From assembly GCA_002269645.1 (NCBI GenBank), contig NIVC01002570.1, forward strand, positions 1-22,547: a stretch of 22,547 nucleotides of DNA, read 5' to 3'. Positions 9,243 to 19,526 of the stretch are shown here, in pieces; within the stretch, counting starts at the first letter, position 1; each line of letters opens with the position of its first letter. Source of the DNA: Macrostomum lignano. Taxonomy: Eukaryota. The notes beneath the pieces are model-generated. The model did not search any database, had not been told where the DNA came from, and saw nothing but the letters and a program-made list of their open reading frames with translations. The position numbers and the translations under genes were made by a program.

Positions 9243-9759
9243 AGGGAGTGGCAACCCAACTTGAGACACGGAGGGAGTGGCAACCCAACTTGAGACACAG
9301 AGGGAGTGGCAACCCAACCTGAGACACGGAGGGAGTGACAACCCAATATGAGACACAGAGGGAGTGGCAACCCAACCTGAGACACGGAGGGAGTGACAAC
9401 CCAACCCAAGGCCTGAGAGGGAGTGGCAACCCAACCTGAGACACGGAGGGAGTGGCAACCCAACCTGAGACACGGAGGGAGTGACAACCCAACTCAAGGC
9501 CTGAGAGGGAGTGACAACCCAACCCAAGGCCTGAGAGGGAGTGACAACCCAACCTGAGACACGGAGGGAGTGGCAACCCAACCTGAGACACGGAGGGAGT
9601 GGCAACCCAACCTGAGACACGGAGGGAGTGACAACCCAACCCAAGGCCTGAGAGGGAGTGGCAACCCAACCTGAGACACGGAGGGAGTGGCAACCCAACC
9701 TGAGACACGGAGGGAGTGACAACCCAACCCAAGGCCTGAGAGGGAGTGGCAACCCAACC
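9243..9759. repeat. Minisatellite of two interleaved 29/30-bp unit types (GAGGGAGTG(G/A)CAACCCAACCTGAGACACG and ...AACCCAAGGCCTGA) in the last SLC38A7 intron
   Basis: Directly visible. Confidence 0.96.
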
Positions 9760-9834
9760 AATAGAAGTTAAGCTGAATCAATATTTTGCATAGAGAATAA
9801 CTGGTGGCGGGATCGGGCTAGAGAGAAGCCGCAC

Positions 9835-10034
9835 CGGGAAATATGAAGATGAAGACCGCGGCGAGACTGCCCAGCAAGCTGATGACGTCACCAATGTTGG
9901 GGATGAGCACGGCCAGCAGCAGGGTGAGGCCGAACCAGACGATTGTGACGCCGAATCGCCGGACTCGCTCGGTGCGGCAAATTCTGTCCGGGTCGAGGCG
10001 CAGCAGCGGCAAAGCGACGCTGTCCAGGGCAGCG
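9835..10034 (-). CDS. SLC38A7: SLC38A7/8-like transporter, penultimate exon
   Basis: [67 protein letters not shown], cf. [47 protein letters not shown]. CAG acceptor with upstream CTAAT branch point; GTGCGG donor at 9834. Confidence 0.85.
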
Positions 10035-10176
10035 CTGCGGCGGTGATGGGGGACGCGATTAGCGCATAGTAACAGTGAAGCAACAGCATAGCAACAGCGA
10101 GTTTTTCATTAACATTGTGGCATACTTTTAGAAAGTGTTATTGGAAACTTGAAGGATGGGTCAACAGAAGATCGAA

Positions 10177-10688
10177 TTGAGGCAAGGACGGAGGGCCAAG
10201 CTTGAGGCAAGGGACGGAGGGCCAAGCTTGAGGCAAGGGACGGAGGGCCAAGCTTGAGGCAAGGGACGGAGGGCCAAGCTTGAGGCAAGGGACGGAGGGC
10301 CAAGCTTGAGGCAAGGGACGGAGGGCCAAGCTTGAGGCAAGGGACGGAGGGCCAAGCTTGAGGCAAGGGACGGAGGGCCAAGCTTGAGGTAAGGGACGGA
10401 GGGCCAAGCTTGAGGCAAGGGACGGAGGGCCAAGCTTGAGGCAAGGACGGAGGGCCAAGCTTGAGGCAAGGGACGGAGGGCCAAGCTTGAGGCAAGGGAC
10501 GGAGGGCCAAGCTTGAGGCAAGGGACGGAGGGCCAAGCTTGAGGCAAGGGACGGAGGGCCAAGCTTGAGGCAAGGGACGGAGGGCCAAGCTTGAGGCAAG
10601 GGACGGAGGGCCAAGCTTGAGGCAAGGGACGGAGGGCCAAGCTTGAGGCAAGGGACGGAGGGCCAAGCTTGAGGCAAGGGACGGAGGG
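10177..10688. repeat. Highly homogeneous minisatellite, 26-bp unit GAGGCAAGGGACGGAGGGCCAAGCTT, ~20 copies
   Basis: Directly visible; HindIII site AAGCTT in each unit. Confidence 0.98.
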
Positions 10689-11293
10689 TTGAAAATTCCG
10701 GTCAAGGTCATTTGACAAATTTAAATTCTTTGACAGCCTTGATATACTTGTAAGTATTCGTGAATGCTCCCTAAGCTCTAATTGAATGGCTACTTCTGTA
10801 CCCCGCTGTGTGCACATGTTACTTAAAGCAGATTTACATAAAGTACACAAAGTTCTTATGCAGTTGCGCACAAATAGCTAGAACTACAATTACACTGTAT
10901 AAATAGCTTTCAGTGAAAGAAGCGGCCGCCACCACTCCCCTCTCCCGATCCGAGGGCAGCGAAGTGTCTTGTTAGTCCCATATTATCCGCATGGCTAGGA
11001 AAGTTGCGACGGAGCTCAGCGATCGGCACTCGTGCTCTGGCCTCCCTGGGTGAATGCGGCACTGCATAATTTAACATCGGGGGTTGGGGGTCGGACTTCA
11101 ACCAGCCGTCAGTGTCGAGTTCGGGGACAGCTTCGCACTGGGACGGATACTTGCAAATGGGATAGAAGCAGTCTGGATAGAAGCTGCAATGCGGAACAGG
11201 CTCGCAATAAAGCTGCATCATGCAGATGCCAGCTGTCCACTTCCCTACTGCTTAGAGGCCTGACCTGAAATGCGAGTTTCCACTTGCTAGTAA

Positions 11294-11770
11294 CAGTTCA
11301 GTTGATACAGTTAGCTAATCTGCAGTTCAGCTGATACAGTTAGCTAATCTGCAGTTCAGCTGATACAGTTAGCTAATCTGCAGTTCAGCTGATACAGTTA
11401 GCTAATCTGCAGTTCAGCTGATACAGTTAGCTAATCTGCAGTTCAGCTGATACAGTTAGCTAAGTTCAGCTGATACAGTTAGCTAATCTGCAGTTCAGCT
11501 GATACAGTTAGCTAATCTGCAGTTCAGCTGATACAGTTAGCTAATCTGCAGTTCAGCTGATACAGTTAGCTAATCTGCAGTTCAGCTGATACAGTTAGCT
11601 AAGTTCAGCTGATACAGTTAGCTAATCTGCAGTTCAGCTGATACAGTTAGCTAATCTGCAGTTCAGCTGATACAGTTAGCTAATCTGCAGTTCAGCTGAT
11701 ACAGTTAGCTAATCTGCAGTTCAGCTGATACAGTTAGCTAATCTGCTGTTCAGCTGATACAGTTAGCTAA
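11294..11770. repeat. Minisatellite, 29-bp unit CAGTTCAGCTGATACAGTTAGCTAATCTG, ~16-17 copies
   Basis: Directly visible. Two units share the same 5-nt deletion (near 11461 and 11601). Confidence 0.98.
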
Positions 11771-12770
11771 CCAGCATCTTTCAAGCAAATTTCAGCCATG
11801 TGTCAGGCAACCCTTCTTCCCGGTAAAGCTTAAAAGAGAATTTCCCATGGCTTATTCAGGGAAAAAATACTCAAAACTTGGACTTTCATTCGTTTTAATT
11901 TTCAATAGATTTCATTTTCAATGCTTTTAATACTTGAAGCAACCATTAAGCATGGCCCGCAAGTCTATCTGTTACGCGCTATGAATAGGAGAGGCATCTT
12001 CCTGGACACGCAGACTCCGATTGTGAGCCAGTGTTAAAGAAAGCAAATAACCTTGGCCCTTTGAAGGATTTGCTCGTAGTTAGCCATCGCCATTCACCCA
12101 AGCCTAGGCGGCGAACCTTCTGTCTGATCAACTGAAATTCAAGCCGGATGGCTTCGGGAAAATCCCCTAGCTAGTATCTGGAGCAGAATTGTGGACTCCG
12201 GCTCCCAGCCAGCCAGACGAAGCAAAAGAAGGAAGAACTCCTCTGGCGGGGCAAGCAAACAGAGAAATTAAGAAGAAGCGGGGCGCGGATGCGTCGCAAT
12301 CGATTATTGCGCCCCGCGAACCCGGCTCTCTAGCTAGACAAGAAAAGAATGGCTAACACAAATAGTGCACCCGACTATACGGAGGGAACCGACCCTTAGC
12401 ATCAAGCGGCCCACTGCGCTGGCGTGTTGCAAGTTCACGGTGCGCGCAACTGGGCCAATCAGGGGCTGGCGACCTCCGGCTGGCAAAGAGCCCAACCTGC
12501 ACGGCCAGCCATTGGATTAAGGCTCGGGCATAAAGCACTGGGTTACTGGGCGCGGAGTAACCGGGATCCAACTCTGCAACCGGGCCAAAATACCGGCAAT
12601 AACAAAACTCTGCACAATCTGGCACACAGAGAGTCCAATAATTAGCTAATTAATACAGAAGGTGCACCGCAGCTCGGTGGCTGAGCCTAAGCAGTTCAGC
12701 CGGACGCACCGCCAGCAAAACCACACGCGGTTTCTTAGAATTCCGAATTGATTTCTCTCGAGAATCGGGG

Positions 12771-13451
12771 ATGAAGAACACGGTGCAGCTGGTCAGGTGC
12801 GGCAACCTGATGGCGGCCGCCGCCACCCCAGGCCTGGACCCGTGCGGCGGCGGCCTCGGCTTCAGCATGGACGGCAACGGAGGGGCCGGCGGCAACGGCA
12901 ACAGCGGCAGCGCAGGCGAATCGGCCCGAGTGCCAGGCCGACGCGAAGTGATGCTGCGCGGCCACATCAATCACTTCACGAGCTCAACCACTGCTCACGG
13001 GCTCAACCGGGCGAACTCGGAGCAGAGCTGGGTCCGCATGGTGTGGGTGGGCATTGTGCTGGCCGCATCGCTTGGCGCTATTGTGCACACGACAAAGCAG
13101 GTGACCACCTATCTGCAGTACCCAGTGAGCAGTACAAACCGGCAGGAGCCAAACAGTTTCGAGTTTCCCGACCTGACATTCTGCGACCCGCTCAACAAGC
13201 GCTTTTTTCACTATCAGGCAGTGAAATACGCGGAATCAATACATAAACTGGACGAGGTCCGAGTTCTGTACAGCCTTGTGTACAGCCACTTCCGTACAGA
13301 ATCAGACTGGCGCAAGGAGCGCCGAGCGATAGAGCTAGTTTACAATGCATTTGAGCACGTGCTCAATATCACGAATTTGAATATTCGGCCGTTGGATGTT
13401 GTGCTCTACTGCACATTTGATGGAGAGCTGTGCGACCACCACAACTTTCAG
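12771..13451 (+). CDS. DEG/ENaC (amiloride-sensitive sodium channel family) subunit, exon 1
   Basis: Pre-TM1 TTAHG motif, hydrophobic TM1 (RMVWVGIVLAASLGAIVH), YLQYPV, FEFPDLTFC (FPxVTxC-like), CTFDGELC. Donor CAG|GTTGGA at 13452, phase 0. The true start could be a later ATG. Confidence 0.9.
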
Positions 13452-13480
13452 GTTGGAGCAGATGTTTAACTCATATAGTA

Positions 13481-13727
13481 TTTTTTTATCAGAGACAGGG
13501 GGGTTGTGTGCACCCTGGCGCACTTTAAGCGACATAGGCACACAACCGGCGAGAGGCATTACTGCCCATTCCGCCCACTCCCCTGAGCAGGCACACAAGC
13601 GCGCGGATACGTACGCAGTCACACGCACAGGCACACACTCACACAGGAGTGTACAGCGGCCCTAACTTTATATTATCGTTAGGCATGTACACTTCACTGC
13701 GCCTTGGGAGGTTGGCTCCCAAGGCTG
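13481..13727 (-). mobile_element. 5'-truncated SINE copy 2 in DEG/ENaC intron 1, with a 10-bp target-site duplication
   Basis: Near-identical to ~4180-4408. T run at 13481-13487 is the A tail on -. Flanked by TCATATAGTA (13471-13480) and TCATGTAGTA (13728-13737). Confidence 0.85.
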
Positions 13728-14165
13728 TCATGTAGTAATCCGCAATATTAATCCTAGTTTAGTATTAGCATAGAAAATCATATAAATCATTCTTAATATT
13801 TCAAATGCCTCGATAAAATGGGAGATAGCCCGTCATATCGGTGACTATCTAAACATTTTTAGTCAATGCTCAGTAGCTTTGCAAACGAGCCGGGACTCTG
13901 GAAGTTTCCCGGAATTTGTCAACCGCCTGCCCTGTTCTCCCGGCATCCGGCCGCCTGTCAGGACCAGCTATAACTGGCTGTTGGCGCTTTAGCAGGAGCT
14001 CCACAAGCTGAGCTGAAGTGTAGTTGATCAGTCAGGATCAGCTGCGCTCGCTTCAGAGCAGACACTAGCCGGGAACTGCTTCAACTCCTAGCTCACCAAT
14101 AGGTCGTTTAAACAGTAAAAACAGCAGCTTAAATGCATCGCTTTTTTGCCCGATCTCGCTCGCAG

Positions 14166-15258
14166 GTGTTCTACCACCGACTGTACACCAACTGCTTCAC
14201 CTTCAAGCCACGTGTGCGCAGTCTGCGTAGCAGCGGCATGGACCGGGGCCTCTTCCTGTTGCTCTATGTGCCATCCGCTGACATCAGCCTGAAGTTGGAC
14301 AGTCTCGCCAGGCTGGCTTCGGGCCTCGAGAACAACGGCATCAGGTTCCAAATCCACCAGCGGGACACCATCCCGCACCCGCTGGAGTACGGCATCATGG
14401 CGCCCACTGGCACCCTGACCGCTGTGGGCCTCGAACAGGTTCGAACTTCCCTGGCCGACACGCCCACGCATCCTTGCGTCCGGGATACAAAATTGCGATT
14501 ATTCGACAATCAGTTCGACTTTATGCGCCAGTACGACAGGCAGCTGTTCGATTGCATCAAGCACGAGTACCACCAGACTGTGCGCGAGCAGTGCGGCTGC
14601 ATACTGGAAGGCCATGTGATCGTGGAGCCCGGGTTCAACCCTAGAGACGTGAGGTTCTGCCACGATCTGATCAGCTCAAAGAACGCCAGCCGAGTGCAGG
14701 CGGTGACGCGGCTGTTCCAAGCCGAGATGAACAAAACGCATTCGCCGGCAGCCCTGTCAGACTTCATTCAGCTCGGCCTGCAGATGCGCCGGCAAGATCC
14801 CGCGCTCAACGAATCGCTGGACCGGATGCTGTGCTCGGACAATGTCACTGAGAGCGCCGTGAGGCCCCAGCGCTGCTACGACTCGTGCAACTACAACAAG
14901 TACGAGTACAGCCTGTCCCAGTGCCCTTGGCCGGAGGACTCATTCGAGGTGCGCAACGCCCAAATACAGATGGTGAAGATCGCGCAGATGCTAGACGAAT
15001 ACAAAGCATTGCACGAAAACATAATCCCGAAGCCGGCGCTGCTGCAATCGATGCAAAAGAGCAGCCTCAACACCAACAGCTGTCAAACGTTCAACACACA
15101 GCGGATGGAGGTGCCGGACAAGAAGGACTGCAGCCGGGTCCAGCTTTTCGTGCGTCGCTCGGTTGTGCAGCTGCGCGTCTACCCGGAGACGCTCACCGTG
15201 CGGCACACCATCGAGGAGCGCAACTATGAGCTGGTCAACCTCTGCTCCGACCTGGGCG
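14166..15258 (+). CDS. DEG/ENaC subunit, exon 2 (rest of the ectodomain up to the start of TM2)
   Basis: CGCAG acceptor. VFYHRLYTNCFTF, GLFLLLYV, GIRFQIH..TIPHPLEYGI.APTG, REQCGC, CYDSCNYNKY..SLSQCPWP, QLRVYPETL..EERNYELVNLCSDLGG (cf. xxDxGG at the TM2 entry). GTGAG donor at 15259, phase 1. Confidence 0.92.
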
Positions 15259-15338
15259 GTGAGCGGCCCTATTATCTGATTGATATCTCGTCTTTTAGAC
15301 GACTTACTTCGAGGGCATCTTATAGTTGAGATGAGTCT

Positions 15339-15740
15339 TTGATAGACACCCCATCTCATAATTGATAGACACCCCATCTCATAATTGATAGACACCCCAT
15401 CTCATAATTGATAGACACCCCATCTCATAATTGATAGACACCCGTCTCATAATTGATAGACACCCCATCTCATAATTGATAGACACCCCATCTCATAATT
15501 GATAGACACCCCATCTCATAATTGATAGACACCCCATCTCATAATTGATAGACACCCCATCTCATATTTGATAGACACCCCATCTCATAATTAATAGACA
15601 CCCCATCTCATAATTGATAGACACCCCATCTCATATTTGATAGACACCCCATCTCATAATTAATAGACACCCCATGTCATAATTGATAGACACCCCATCT
15701 CATAATTGATAGACACCCCATCTCATATTTGATAGAAACC
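15339..15740. repeat. Minisatellite, 23-bp unit TTGATAGACACCCCATCTCATAA, ~17 copies
   Basis: Directly visible; begins 80 nt after the DEG/ENaC exon 2 donor. Confidence 0.97.
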
Positions 15741-16264
15741 TCACCCCTCTGATTTCAAGGCCAAAGACACATATCATATTTGACAGAAACCTTAGGCACC
15801 TCATATTTCGGGCCGCTTGCAAAACAATTTGAACCACTGTGGAGTAGCAGGGAATTGTAAAAGGCGCAACAGCGTGAAGATGGATAGCCAGACGGAGTCC
15901 CACGGAGTCCCATTGGAGAGACGGGGAAAGAAAATGCAGACACAAACAAGCGATGATGAGCTGCCACCCGATTCCGTATTGAAGAGCTGGTCGATCCGGC
16001 CCGGCCTGCATGAATTATTGCCAAAGGCTCCGCTATTCTTGCCGTTATTGCTTGTCCTGCCCCGCCGGCCACACAAGTAGCTGAGGACGACAGCCAGGTA
16101 GCTCGTATTGGCAGGCATGAAGGGGGCTTGAAGCAATGAAGACAGCCCCAGAGAGAGACAACAGAGTGAAGGAATGACACTGGGAAGCGTAAAGTGATTT
16201 CTACTCAGAGCTGAGAAGGCTCTTAGAAATTGGAGCGCATGCAACAATAGTTGCAGGAGGGCTG

Positions 16265-16527
16265 CGGGCGAAACAATTCTGTCCATTCCGCTGACTCCTC
16301 CTGAGCCAATGCTGTACGCAGGCGCGCACTCGTACACCGCTCACGCAGGGTGTACAACGGCCCCGACTTTCCAATCGACAGGCATGTACACTCTCTATGT
16401 GCCTTGGGGGGCCCTCAGGGCTGTGAATCGCACGGCCAACCCCGGGCCAATTTTGCAAACACACAAGCCCCAAATGAATGCGGCCGCGCGAGAGTCAGAC
16501 GCGCTAACCTCAGAGCTGCCCCGCCCC
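16265..16527 (-). mobile_element. Diverged SINE copy 3 / related subfamily
   Basis: Shares CCATTCCGC.GACTCCTC.TGAG, GTGTACA..GGCCC...GGCATGTACACT, GTGCCTTGGGGG..CCCTCA.GG and AGCCCCAAAT with copy 1. The minus-strand head GGGGCGGGGCAGCTCTGAGGTTAGCGCGTCTGACT is tRNA-like but lacks a B box. Confidence 0.65.
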
Positions 16528-16836
16528 TGGCATTAGCATAAGTGCCAGCATAAGTACTATATATACACTATATATATACATGACATATCTCGCGTATACT
16601 TAGGCACGAGACACTGTCACACGCGCGTAAAGTGCGTCTCGTTCCATGACAGCAGTTAAGCCCAGGCCCCATAGTTAGGGCTCTGGTGATGCTGCCGCTG
16701 CTGCCTGAGCTCCACGACCGTCTTTGAAGACTAAGCTCTATTTATTATTAAGCAGCACAAAATACTGCATAGCGTGGAGGGACTGCCGCATGTCACATCC
16801 GCAGTTTGGTCATTAAGAAAGGCAGACGCTGTCAGG

Positions 16837-16912
16837 AAGAGGGCGGGCAGTGGCTCAGCAGATATCCTGCCTAGTGCTCGTGAGACGGGGCTCGATTCCA
16901 GGTGGAGCTTCA
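16837..16912 (+). mobile_element. tRNA-derived (SINE-type) head with Pol III internal promoter boxes
   Basis: A box TGGCTCAGCAG at 16851-16861; B box GGCTCGATTCC at 16889-16899. Shares AAGAGGGCG...CAGTGG...GGCTCGATTCCA.GTG.AG with the head of SINE copy 1. Confidence 0.55.
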
Positions 16913-16914
16913 AA

Positions 16915-18599
16915 CAGATCGGACAGTACCATACAGGAGTGACAGCAGTCCCAATGAGTGACAGATCGGAGTGACAGCAGACCCAATGAGTGACAGATCG
17001 GACAGCACCATACAGGAGTGACAGCAGTCCCAATGAGTGACAGATCGGACAGCACCATACAGGAGTGACAGCAGACCCAATGAGTGACAGATCGGACAGC
17101 ACCATACAGCAGTGACAGCAGTCCCAATGAGTGACAGATCGGACAGCACCATACAGGAGTGACAGCAGTCCCAATGAGTGACAGATCGGACAGCACCATA
17201 CAGGAGTGACAGCAGTCCCAATGAGTGACGGATCGGACAGCACCATACAGGAGGGACAGCAGTCCCAATGAGTGACACAGATCGGACAGCACCATACAGG
17301 AGTGACAGCAGTCCCAATGAGTGACGGATCGGACAGCACCATACAGGAGGGACAGCAGTCCCAAGAGTGACAGATCGGACAGCACCATACAGGAGTGACA
17401 GCAGACCCAATGAGTGACAGATCGGACAGCACCATACAGGAGTGACAGCAGACCCAATGAGTGACGGATCGGACAGCACCATACAGGAGTGACAACAGTC
17501 CCAAGAGTGACAGATCGGACAGCACCATACAGGAGTGACAGCAGTCCCAAGAGTGACAGATCGGACAGCACCATACAGGAGGGACAGCAGTCCCAATGAG
17601 TGACGGATCGGACAGCACCATACAGGAGTGACAGCAGTCCCAATGAGTGACAGATCGGACAGCACCATACAGGAGTGACAGCAGTCCCAATGAGTGACGG
17701 ATCGGACAGCACCATACAGGAGGGACAGCAGTCCCAATGAGTGACGGATCGGACAGCACCATACAGGAGTGACAGCAGACCCAATGAGTGACAGATCGGA
17801 CAGTACCATACAGGAGTGACAGCAGTCCCAATGAGTGACGGATCGGACAGCATCATACAGGAGGGACAGCAGTCCCAATGAGTGACGGATCGGACAGCAC
17901 CATACAGGAGTGACAGCAGTCCCAATGAGTGACAGATCGGACAGCACCATACAGGAGTGACAGCAGTCCCAATGAGTGACGGATCGGACAGCACCATACA
18001 GGAGTGACAGCAGACCCAATGAGTGACAGATCGGACAGCACCATACAGGAGTGACAGCAGTCCCAATGAGTGACGGATCGGACAGCACCATACAGGAGGG
18101 ACAGCAGTCCCAATGAGTGACACAGATCGGACAGCACCATACAGGAGTGACAGCAGTCCCAATGAGTGACGGATCGGACAGCACCATACAGGAGGGACAG
18201 CAGTCCCAAGAGTGACAGATCGGACAGCACCATACAGGAGTGACAGCAGACCCAATGAGTGACAGATCGGACAGCACCATACAGGAGTGACAGCAGACCC
18301 AATGAGTGACGGATCGGACAGCACCATACAGGAGTGACAACAGTCCCAAGAGTGACAGATCGGACAGCACCATACAGGAGTGACAGCAGTCCCAAGAGTG
18401 ACAGATCGGACAGCACCATACAGGAGTGACAGCAGACCCAATGAGTGACAGATCGGACAGTACCATACAGGAGTGACAGCAGTCCCAATGAGTGACGGAT
18501 CGGACAGCACCATACAGGTGTGACAGCAGTCCCAATGAGTGACGGATCGGACAGCACCATACAGGTGTGACAGCAGTCCCAAGAGTGACAGATCGGACA
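16915..18599. repeat. Satellite/minisatellite, 47-bp unit CAGATCGGACAGCACCATACAGGAGTGACAGCAGTCCCAATGAGTGA, ~36 copies
   Basis: Directly visible, with 46- and 49-bp variants. Explains the 366-585-aa Cys-rich minus ORFs. Confidence 0.98.
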
Positions 18600-19029
18600 T
18601 ATACCATTAGAGTTACACAGTTAATGGCGAGTAGGCTGGCCAGTCGGAAATTCCCCATCCCGAGCAAGCAGTCAGATGCTCAATAGCCGTTTAGCCCAGA
18701 TATTGCATCGAGATAGTGAAAATTCCAATTTGAGAAACCAAATGGGAAAAAAACAGAGAAGAGGAGGCGAGCTGCGGAAGGGAGAATAAAAATCAAAGAA
18801 ATAGGGAAAATTCAAGCGAGAAGATATATCTCGATCGGGAGAGTGCTAGCAGATTCGAGCTGATAAACCTCAGATTTGCACACGCGGAGGCTGAAATTGC
18901 CGCCCACTTTAATTCCCGACTCGCCTGGAGCCATCAGCGAAACTGCCAGGACGCTTCGCCTTCAGGAGAACCGAAATAAGAAAATGCATTGCAGTCATAT
19001 AGGCAGGGAAGGAAAAATTCTGTGTCCTG

Positions 19030-19526
19030 TCCTGTCCAATGCAGGGATGGGATCCTGTCCAGTGCAAGGATGGGATCCTGTCCAGTGCAGGTATGGGATC
19101 CTGTCCAATGCAGGGATGGGATCCTGTCCAGTGCAGGGATGGGATCCTGTCCAGTGCAGGGATGGGATCCTGTCCAGTGCAGGTATGGGATCCTGTCCAA
19201 TGCAGGGATGGGATCCTGTCCAGTGCAGGGATGGGATCCTGTCCAGTGCAGGGATGGGATCCTGTCCAGTGCAGGGATGGGATCCTGTCCAATGCAGGGA
19301 TGGGATCCTGTCCAGTGCAGGTATGGGATCCTGTCCAGTGCAGGGATGGGATCCTGTCCAGTGCAGGAATGGGGTCCTGTCCAGTGCAGGGATGGGATCC
19401 TGTCCAGTGCAGGAATGGGGTCCTGTCGAGTGCAGGGATGGGATCCTGTCCAGTGCAGGGATGGGATCCTGTCCAGTGCAGGTATGGGATCCTGTCCAGT
19501 GCAGGGATTGGATCCTGTCCAGTGCA
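19030..19526. repeat. Minisatellite, 23-bp unit TCCTGTCCAGTGCAGGGATGGGA, ~21-22 copies
   Basis: Directly visible; BamHI site across most unit junctions. Stop-free in all six frames. Confidence 0.98.

Noticed and set aside
3202-10871. Other long repetitive ORFs (3202-3909, 4623-5600, 9190-9781, 10109-10871)
   Set aside because: All coincide with non-triplet minisatellites.
12279-12318. 9-bp GC stem GCGGGGCGC...GCGCCCCGC upstream of the channel gene
   Set aside because: Isolated hairpin with no second copy or other support; compatible with chance.
13701-13737. Helitron 3' end (hairpin followed by a GTAG-like motif)
   Set aside because: The motif is part of a 10-bp TSD, and the element has an A tail and a tRNA-headed full-length relative, all of which indicate retrotransposition.
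15801-16337. 178-aa minus ORF with a pore-helix-like PWDSVWLSIFTLL
   Set aside because: Non-ATG start inside SINE copy 3, no other channel motifs, and other frames are similarly open; not supportable.
16731-18667. 366-585-aa Cys-rich minus-strand ORFs (looking like metallothionein or keratin-associated proteins)
   Set aside because: They are translations of a 47-bp non-triplet repeat that lacks stops on that strand; all three frames give the same cycling peptide and there are no plausible gene ends.
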